The notes below the pieces were generated by a model. It ran no database searches and had not been told where the DNA came from. It worked only from the letters and a program-made list of their open reading frames with translations. DNA of 53,562 bases, filler included, from Stramenopiles sp. TOSAG23-6 (Eukaryota): assembly GCA_900128565.1 (NCBI GenBank). It is 3 parts of 3 records of this genome, joined end to end, with 100 filler letters (N's around TTAATTAATTAA, not from the genome) between each part and the next. Parts side by side here need not be neighbours in the genome. Positions count along the whole stretch, not along the records: positions 35,803 to 53,562 come from LT636075.1; 2 more parts are not named here. One strand, written 5' to 3'. Below, in pieces: positions 44,595 to 53,562 of this stretch. Made by a program: the position numbers and the translations under genes. Position 1 is the first letter of the stretch. Each line of letters starts with the position of its first letter.

Positions 44595-45659
44595 ATACAA
44601 AAGGGTTCATTTTGTTCTTATAGTTCAGTTTGGACAAGAAAAAAATATAACCGGCGCATGCAAATCTCAAATGTTGGCGAAAAATCGAATCCAAGAAATC
44701 TCGGGATGCGACACGAAAAGCAAGGAGAATTTTTTTTTCCCGGCGCTCCTACAAAACAAAATACAAAACAAAATATATATAGTGTACTCTTATTACTATA
44801 CTAATAAAATCATGTAATGGACTACTATCTGATTGAAAATTCTACAATGATATTTGTGTTGAAAAAAAATCTATATACAAAAGAACATGTGGCATTGATA
44901 TGAATGTGTTTTTTAAAGCTTTTATAAGAAGAAAAAAGTGTAAACTCTAAAAATTTACGTTGTACGTTGAAATTTGAAAAAAAATGCCTCAAGCAGGTTT
45001 GTTTATTTAAAGTCATAAGTACCAAATTTTCGTACGGAACAAAGGTTGGAGATTATTTTGCAAAGGATATCCGACATCGCTTTGGCTAGTTTTGTGAGTA
45101 CGTAAGCAGTTTGAGTCCAGCCTGGGTAAACCCCCCCTCAAAACTTGTGCATTATTGAGGTTAATATTAAGCATTCGCATTACAAAGTAAGTATATCTAT
45201 GTCAGTCATTCGTATTGAGTTATATGAAATGACATTTTCCATGTAATATTTCCCTTTTTTGTTGTGTTTCCTTTGTTCTACGTACATTCATCTTTGACGA
45301 AATTGTAACGTTTTCTTGTTGCGTTTTTAGCGGCCCCCGTCCGTTGTATGAATATATTTTTTGTTCGGTGATGAACCCATGTTATGCAATTTCAAAATGC
45401 TTGTTCGGTATAGTATTAGAACAACTCTATATACTTTGTTTTACAAAATATTCTTAACCCCTTGATGAAATTTTGACTTTTAATGTAAAATGTACAAAAA
45501 TATGCGTAAACATGCAAACTGTGTTTCCTTGATATCTTGTCCCAATATATATTATTTCATAAAATTTACCCTCTAATGAGGAAGCATTATTTCAACCGTA
45601 TATTCAACATCACTTATGATTAATATGATATTCAAACTTTGTTATACATCCAAATTTAG

Positions 45660-48600
45660 ATGCCTAGTGACAGCTCTTCAGAGAATTCTGACAATTCTGC
45701 GTCTGATAATTTTGAAGATTCTGACGTACAGTGGGTTGGTTCAGGGACTAAAAGGAAAGTTTTAGGTCGGAATCAGGTATGTTACGATGCCTTCTCACGC
45801 AATAATAGAGTGTACAGAATTGGCCAGTGTATACTATTGTTATCCGACGACGAGAACGTTCCATACATAGCGCAGATACAAAAACTGTATCTTGATACTA
45901 AGACCAACGAGAAATCCCTCATTGCTAATTGGTTCTTCAGAGTTTCAGATACACAGTTAAAAAAGGAGGATATTCCTCCTCAAATGGAGCCTAATGATAT
46001 TTTTCAAAGTACACTGACTGATTCTAATACATTGAGTTCCGTCATTCGCCACGTGAGAGTACTCAGAACAAAGTACGTTTCTATCATATCTGTTGTATCA
46101 TTTTGTAAAAAACCGTACGAAATTTTGTACCTAACTACAACAACAAAAAATTAAATATATTTTTTCACTATAGGTGCAATGGAGACGCTGGTTTTGGTCC
46201 CTTTACATGTCGTTTTCTTTATGATCCAAAAAAAAACAAATATAAGGAACTTAATTTATCAAATTGTTCAAAGTTCACTCCAAATGATCTGGATCATTTT
46301 CAAAATCAAAAAAATCAAAAAAATCAAAAATCAAGTCACACGGACTTGGATCTCCTAAAAAAAGAAGAAGAAAATAATAAAAACAGATCATCTCCTAGAA
46401 TTGGAACTAGTTATCAAGTTCAAATTCCTTCTTTGTGTATATCTACATCTAGAAGAGATCCAAAGCGTTTGACTCATCTCCCTAACCCTAATGAGACATA
46501 CCAGAACCCTAACCCTAAACACAATATAATCAATACTAATGATATAATCAACGGTAACAATACTAAAAACACTAATACTATTTACAATACTAACAATACA
46601 TTCTCCAATACGGTTGATCATGCAGTAGACCCTAACCCTAATAACCGCAATACTCCAATTGATCCTGCAGAATTTGCAAAATTTGCAAATATTATGAAAC
46701 AAAATGTGTATCAAGAAAAATCGTTTTGGATGGATAAAATTGTTCAAATCGATGGTGATACAATTCGAGAATATTCAATAAATTATATAAATGCAAAAAA
46801 AATGAAGTCAGGTTGGATTTATGCCAAAGTCTTATCTGGTGGGAGAACTACACACAACAATAACCCTAACCCTAGTGCTTGTACGAACCCTAACCCTACA
46901 AAAAACGCCACAACAACAACAATAATACCTAAAAAAATGATGAAACATGAATTAAATACTATACCAAGCCCTAACCCTAGTACTCACTCTTCTATGAATA
47001 TTTGTTCTGATGAGAAGAGTCCAAAAATAACGAAAATGGTAAAGGTACCTGATGATATCCCTCTGAACCCTAACCCTAGTGACAATCACTACAACGACAT
47101 TTGTCTTTCGATTATTCTGCTCCCTTCAGGAAATAAATTAGAGAATGTAAAACTTACACATGTGAGAGGGTTCGAAATTCAAGATGTATGTCATCGAATT
47201 CTAACCTTAATAACACACACTAACAACAGTAACTCTACAAAACAAAAAAAATTGTAGTCATTTGTGTACCTAACAAAATTTATGTCCTAACAAATTTTTT
47301 TTTTTTCATACCTAACGAAAAAAAAATATATATATTGTCCTACACTTTATGATATTTTAACAGAATTTTTTGTTCAACACAAATGTGATATCGTGTTGGC
47401 TACTCAACCATCAAAAGTGAAGGATTTTATTACACATTTGCGTAGCTTGACATGTATGTTTTATTATTTTTTTTTTCCAACCGAAAAAAAAAAAATCGAT
47501 TTTTTTTTTTTTTTATAGGAAATTTTGTACCTAACAAATTTTCAAAATTTTTTTTGAAATATTTTTCCAAAATAAATGGTCTATTGAAGCAGAACATTCA
47601 TATTTACATTCCTGTAAAATGCATGGAAATGATGATTTCAAAAACATTGCAATGGACGTGTCCAAAGTACGTAAAGGCACAACTGTCAAGGACATTATAG
47701 TACGTTTGGCTTAGGTTTCACTTTTCTTTTTGTATTTTTTTTTTTTCTTTTTGTATTTTTTTTTCGTAGGGAATTTCATACCTAAGAATTTTTTTTTTTT
47801 TCAATTTTTTTTTCTAAATTTTTTTTTCGTAGATAATTTCGTACCTAACAATTTTTTTTTTTTTTTTGAAAATATTTTTCATACTATTTTCTCATTACTG
47901 GTGGAGGAAAAAATTACCAATATATTTAAGACTTCAACTTCATAGATCAGCTGTTGTTATATATAACAAACATATTTCAGAATTGGAACTGAAAAATATG
48001 TATGAAAAATCTATCACAAATTGTGTCAAACGTAAAACTTTGAGGGAACGTAATTGGACCTGTGACGTTTGTATGTTTTTACATCATTTCCAAATTTTTT
48101 TTTTATAGGAATTTTTTTTTCGTACGAAATTTTGTACCTAACAAAATTTAAATTTTTTTAAATTTTTTTTTTTTTTAAATTTTTTTTTTAATTTTTTTTT
48201 CCAAATTTTTTTTGGTGTTTTTCCAACGAAATTTTGTACCTACCAAAAATAATTGTATAGCTAACAAAACACAAAATATACTTTTAAATATTGTGTCATA
48301 ATGTATGCACATTTGTCAATGAAAATTTATCAAAACAATGTGCGATTTGCTCTTCGTCCCGTGTCTCTTCATCTTTATTAGGAAGGGAACGATGTCAATC
48401 TATTCTCAAAAATGAAAAGAAAATTTTATGTGATTCTTTAAATAGAAAGAATAAGGTAAGAAAAAAAGATAGCAAACATACAAAAAAAAGAAAATCACAA
48501 AAACACGAAAAAAGTAAAAAAAATAAAAAGAATAAAAAAATTCGACGTACGAATGAAAAACAACAAACAAAAAAACTTTGTATTTTTAAAAGTCTTACTA

Positions 48601-49912
48601 ATAATAATAATAATAATAATAATGATAATAATGATGATAATAATGATGATAATGCTAGCTCGAATGGAATGTCATCAAATGAGACTAACACTTGGCCTGG
48701 TTGGGTACGTTTGTATCATTTTATTTTCTTTTTTTTTTTTTTGTTTTTTTTGAACATTTCATACCAAACAGTTTTTTTTTTTAATTTTGATTTTGTTAAA
48801 CAATATTATTTTTTTATAAAAAATTTGTACTAAAGACGAATAAAAGTTTTTTTTTGATATATTTTACACATATTATGTTTTATGTAAAGAGAATGACACA
48901 GTTCAAGATATTGCAGATAAGTATAATATGGATGTTCATCAACTAATATCTATGAATAAATGTAATTATAACGGTTTACGACCAAATGCACGTAGGTTTA
49001 TTTTTTTTGGTTTTCATACGAAATTTTGTACCTAAAGATTTTTTTTTTTTTTTTTGTTCGAATTTTTTTTTTAACAAAAAAACAAAAAAACAAAAAAACA
49101 AAAAAAAAGTAACATTTTATACCTAACAAAAAAAAAAAAAAATATTTTTTACAATGTATAACTAAAAGAAGGGACTTGGTTAGAGATTGGTTGTACTGAT
49201 TCAGATGAAGATATGACAGAGGTAGAGTCTTTACCCACAACAACTACCATACCTAGCCCTAACCCTAATGATTTGAATACAAAAAATACAAAACATACAA
49301 AAAATACAAAAAATACAAAAAATACAAAACATACAAAACATACAAAACATACAAAAAATACAAAAAATACAAAACATACAAAAAATACAAAACATACAAC
49401 AATGGATACCAAAGTGGAAAACCCCAATAATAATATAAACGCAGGATCTCGTGTAAACACTATACTTCGACAAGTGAAAAACAGATGTACTTTTTTTTTT
49501 TTTTTTTTTTTTTTCGAATTTCGAATTTAAATTTTTTTTCATACGAAATTTTGTACTTAACGAGAATTAATTTCAAAAAAATATTTTTTCACAATACAGT
49601 TAATAAAAAGTCCCAACCTGAAAATTTCAATAGCTTTTGTCAATATCTCTACCAGTTAGCTAGAAAAGAAATTTCAACTGAAATGTATTTTTTTATTTTT
49701 TCAATGTAGAAATTTACAAATTTAAAAAAAAAAAAAAATATATATATATTTTCATACGAATTTTTGTACCTAATATATTGTACATTTTTTTAAAAAATAT
49801 ATATATATCACAATAAATGGTTTTGACAGGATTTCGTCATATTTTACGGGATGATTTAGATTTATTACATGCAGTCAATGTTTTTATACAAGATCACGTC
49901 AATGGGTTGTAA
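45660..49912 (+). CDS. Chromatin regulator BAH - ELM2 - SANT - RanBP2 zinc finger - LysM-like - PAH (exons 45660-46072, 46174-47185, 47351-47453, 47578-47699, 47890-48070, 48307-48704, 48874-48991, 49160-49486, 49600-49684, 49819-49912)
   Basis: BAH (PYIAQI...WFFR...FTCRFLYD), PRIGTSYQVQIP (ELM2), WSIE...HGNDDFKNIA...HYWW (SANT), WTCDVCTFVN...CAIC, ENDTVQDIADKY (LysM-like) and VKNRF...DLLHAVNVFI (PAH). Confidence 0.75.
49276..49400 (+). repeat. Coding 9-bp tandem repeat (NTK/HTK)n
   Basis: aatacaaaa and catacaaaa units inside an exon. Confidence 0.9.
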
Positions 49913-50543
49913 ACCCTAACCCTAATCAATGGGTTGTAAACCCTAACCCTAACTCTTTCTTTAAATATGTATCAATATTGATTGTTTTACAATAAAACCC
50001 TCTCCCTCTATTGTTTGTATATCAAAATATATATTATATATGGATGTATTATTAGGGTTAGGGTTTCGATGTCGTACAAAATAAAATCAAATGTAAAATT
50101 TTTGATTTTTCTGACAAAAAAAATGGAGTCAACACCAATTTGGAATTTTGGATGTAGTTTGGAAAAATATTTCAAAAAAAAAATTCTAAAAATTTTGTTA
50201 GGTACAAAATTTCGTATGAAAAATAAATTCGATTTTTTTGTAAAAGAGTCACGACGACAAAGTCGACAAAGTAATAAGTAAAAATAATAATAAAAAAACT
50301 ATTTTTATATGAAACATAAAATTAACACGAAATCAGTATTTCTGTTGACATATTTTTTTTTTAAACCCTACACACATTAGCATTAAAAATCTAAAAAAAT
50401 CTAAAAAACCTTAAAAACCTTAAAAATCAAAAATATTGAATTAAAAAAAATGTGTCTGTTTCATTTGAAAATCAAATTAGATTTTTTGTTTTTATTAAAA
50501 TTTTGTACCTAACGATTTTTTTTTTGAAATATATTGACTCAAG

Positions 50544-52310
50544 TTACAATGAAAAAAGTTTTGTATTTGAGAATGTTTCAGATAATCCACAAATATTTTG
50601 TTCTTCTAGGGTTAGGGTGTTTAACCCTAACCCTAATTCACTAATATTTGGTTCGTCGAGAATTCGTTGAATTTGAGCTCTTTGCGTTGATTCAATCGTT
50701 TGTGGATGAAAAGTACATTCTTCTAAATCACGGTCTTTTAATTTTTGTAATTTTGCGGCATCTTTTTTTTTCTGTTTGTCTCTACTAGGATCATTATGTG
50801 AAAGCTTAAATGAAGAGTATAACAATATGTAAAAAAAAAAAAATGTTAGGTACAAAATAAAGTACGATTTTTTTTTTCAATTTTTTTTTTCAAAATTTTT
50901 TTTTTTTCAAAAAAAAAAAATATTATTAAATTTGTATGTAAAATATATATAATATATTATATATTATATATAAAACCTACATGGCTCAGGCATCGTTATA
51001 TGTTCAGGTGTTGAAGGATTATTATGAAAAACTTTGTCTTCTCGATCACGCTTCTCCTGGTCTAATTTCTTTGCAAGTTCCTTTACTGTATTATGAAAAA
51101 ATATTTTTTTTTTTTGATTTTTTTTTTTTAGGTTTAGGTACGAAATTTCGTACGAAAAAATTTAGATAAAAAAATTAAAAAAAAAAAAAAAAAACATACA
51201 TTCGAGGTATCTACCCAATCCTCGAACAACAACTGGTTCAGATGTATTCATTTTAACATTCTTTTTAGCACGACGTGGTTGAAAAGTACATGTATGTTTG
51301 GACAATATGTATATATATATATATATATTGTTAGGTACGACATTTGTATAGTTTAAAAAAAAAAAAAAAATTTTTAGGAAAAAAAAAATTTTAGGAAAAA
51401 AAAAAAAAAAAAAATTAAATTTAAAAAAAAAATGTACATGCCTGGAGTGCATCATCCTTTTGTAATGACCGTATCTCAGCCAATTTAAAATCTCGTTCTC
51501 TCTTGTGACTTGCAATGCGTTCACCGAGTAGACGAGTATCAGTTACCCCTGCACTAAATTTATTCTTACCACTAACTGTATTCTGCGTTATTGTTACATC
51601 TGGTTTGAAACTACCTTGATTGTGAAAAAATATATATTTTTTTTTTTTTTTTTTTAGGTACAAAATTTCCTACGAAATTTCATACAAAAAAAAAAAAAAA
51701 AAAAAAAACGTACATTTTTTTTTAAATTTTNNNNNNNNNNNNNNNNNNNNNNNNNNNNNNNNNNNNNNNNNNNNNNNNNNNNNNNNNNNNNNNNNNNNNN
51801 NNNNNNNNNNNNNNNNNNNNNNNNNNNNNNNNNNNNNNNNNNNNNNNNNNNNNNNNNNNNNNNNNNNNNNNNNNNNNNNNNNNNNNNNNNNNNNNNNNNN
51901 NNNNNNNNNNNNNNNNNNNNAAAAAATTTTTTTTTTTTTTTTTTTTTTTTGTCGGTAAAAAAAAAAAAAAATCGTTAGGTACAAAATTTCGTATGAAAAA
52001 AAAAAAAAATTGAAAAAAAAAAAAAAACATACACACCAAGTCTTTGAAATCGTTCTTCTGGTGTTTCAGACATTCTCGAAGGTCTCGTATGGAGGAGTAT
52101 TGCATCTGCATTACCAATATCTGGTGTAAAAGTACAATGTTGATACTCTCCACTCATTACGACTCTTTCAGATTCTGAATGTGGTTTTTTACTTTTCGAT
52201 TTTTTTTGAAACATGTATTTTGGAAAAATATTTTGAAAAAAAAAAAAAAAAAATCTTTTAGTTTAGGTACAAAATTTTCAAAAAAAAAAAAATTCGATTT
52301 TTTTTTACCG

Positions 52311-52347
<37 letters not shown>

Positions 52348-53449
52348 TTTTTTTTTAAAAATTTTTTTCCCAAAAAATTTTAAATTTTTTTTTTTTGAGG
52401 TAAAAAATTTCCAAGAAATTTTCAAAAAAAAAAAAAAAAAAAAAAAACGTACATTCTTTTCTAAATTTTGAATCAGCTTCAATTAGAGTTCGCATTTTTG
52501 AACGTGCACCTCGATCATTTTTTGATAACTCTGTGATACTTGACGATTGACCTAACAGTTTCGAAATTTTATTAATTTTTGGAATATGATTAAATTGGTT
52601 GTAATATTTTTCTTTAATTGAATTTCTCACTGCATTGAATTTTTTAGCATCGGATAAATAGTGTGAAAAAATATTTTTTTTTTTTTTTTTTTTTTTCGGG
52701 AAAAAAAAAAAAAATCTTTAGGAAAAAAATTTTGTTTAAAAAAAAAAAAAATTCATTTTTTTTTNCANAAAAAAAAAAAAAAAAAAAAAAAAAAAACATA
52801 CATTTTTTGTCGTTCAAGAAATTGTTTGGTTCCGTGTCCTTTATATGCTTTTTTATCCTTGACTATTTTTTTTGACATGCTATTGATACGTGGTTGAAAT
52901 GGACAGGCTTGTTCCACACGAATAAGATGTTCTTTCTGTCGTAACATTTTGCGATGTTTATGTATTACAAAAAAATATTTTCAATTTTTTTTTTTTTTGT
53001 TAGGTACAACATTTCGTATGAAAATTTAAAAAAAAAATTAAATGTATAAATACAACATGCATGCTGTACAGCATCTGACAGCAGTCTCTGAGTTGTATCT
53101 TTTGAGCGATAATTGAGTCGATCATGTTGTTTAGCTAATTGTTTACTACGTTTCCCAATGGTAGGTACGAATGTTAAATCTTCATTCGATTGATAGGTAT
53201 ATATATTGTGAAAAAATATTTTTTTTTTTTTGATTTTTGAAAAAAAAAAAAAATTGTTAGGTACGAAATTTCGTATGAAAAAAAAATTTAGATAAAAAAT
53301 TTTAAATGCAATTGAAACATATCCAATCGTAACCGTTGTAATCTTTGATTTTTTTCTCTTTGCAAATGATGGATTCGGTGTTCAATTGGGATATATTCTG
53401 TACCTCTGTCATGATATTTTTGAGATACGATTGCTTTTGAAGTTGGATT
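50544..53449 (-). CDS. Intron-rich protein with repeated (C)TFxP motifs, 5' end outside the window
   Basis: Spliced exons give LTFVPTI, CPFQPRIN, CTFTPDI, SFKPDV, CTFQP, CTFHPQT and TMPEPFKLS. About 10 family introns and one N-gap. Confidence 0.65.
52960..53060 (-). other. GC-AT member of the intron family
   Basis: cat|GCATGTT...GTACCTAAC...GTAATACAT|aaa joins the exons in frame. Confidence 0.65.
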
Positions 53450-53470
53450 ATAAAGTGTGAACAAATATTT

Positions 53471-53501
<31 letters not shown>

Positions 53502-53505
53502 GGGA

Positions 53506-53559
<54 letters not shown>

Positions 53560-53562
53560 ATA

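Larger units (their letters stand above)
1..53562. other. Dispersed family of ~50 non-canonical (mostly GT-AT) sequence-similar introns, introner-like
   Basis: Recurrent module: 5' GTAYGTTTT, internal TACGAAATTTTGTACCTAAC, 3' AAATATTTTTCACAATAC+NN. Within coding regions it is always in the sense orientation of the host gene. Removing it restores conserved motifs such as AYH|PGLEFL, KYRPR|CVGDIIG, FRDH|SLFSKED and VKNR|FNKK. Confidence 0.9.

Noticed and set aside
49276-49400. AATACA repeats as an array of 3' splice sites
   Set aside because: This is an in-frame coding microsatellite without upstream branch motifs.
52195-52215. Frame mismatch after intron 52452-52213 as an exception to the splice rule
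   Set aside because: It is adjacent to an A8 homopolymer in a low-quality region, so a 1-nt sequencing error is the simpler explanation.
1-53562. Ciliate-like IES (DNA elimination) explanation for the inserts
   Set aside because: The inserts are sense-oriented in coding regions, carry a GTAYGT donor and CTAAC branch motif, and some end in YAG, all of which point to RNA splicing.
1-53562. CRISPR array or prokaryotic repeat
   Set aside because: The repeats are dispersed, degenerate and separated by eukaryotic exons, and there are no cas genes.

Overview
This is AT-rich eukaryotic nuclear DNA using the standard code, most likely from a flagellated protist (inferred from CC2D2A and TTAGGG-type repeats). 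It appears to be several contigs joined by N-gaps, two of which carry a TTAATTAATTAA linker. About 18 protein genes are recognisable: an aldo-keto reductase, PP2A B'', a giant EF-hand/IQ/ankyrin/PPR protein, an SNM1-like nuclease, ATAD5/Elg1-like, USP4/11/15-like, CC2D2A, a PAP2 phosphatase, Vps62-like, a Cys-rich surface protein, U2A', PTB/hnRNP L-like, a DEDDy exonuclease and a BAH-ELM2-SANT protein, among others. The main discovery is a family of about 50 sequence-similar, sense-oriented introns. Their consensus is GTAYGTTTT(CATCATGAA)...TACGAAATTTTGTACCTAAC...AAATATTTTTCACAATAC-NN. Restoring conserved reading frames requires a 3' end that is almost never AG: mostly AT, also AA, AC and TT, with only 4 AG ends among roughly 45 family members resolvable at both ends. 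Some begin with AT or GC. The last dinucleotide often repeats the last two exon bases (AT/AT, AA/AA, TT/TT). The ends form a short inverted repeat (ATGTA...TACAT), a hairpin abuts the branch motif, and one pair sits back-to-back with no exon between. Together this suggests an introner-like, transposon-derived intron family removed by a spliceosome that does not need the 3' AG. All splice junctions are inferred from frame and homology, not from RNA data.
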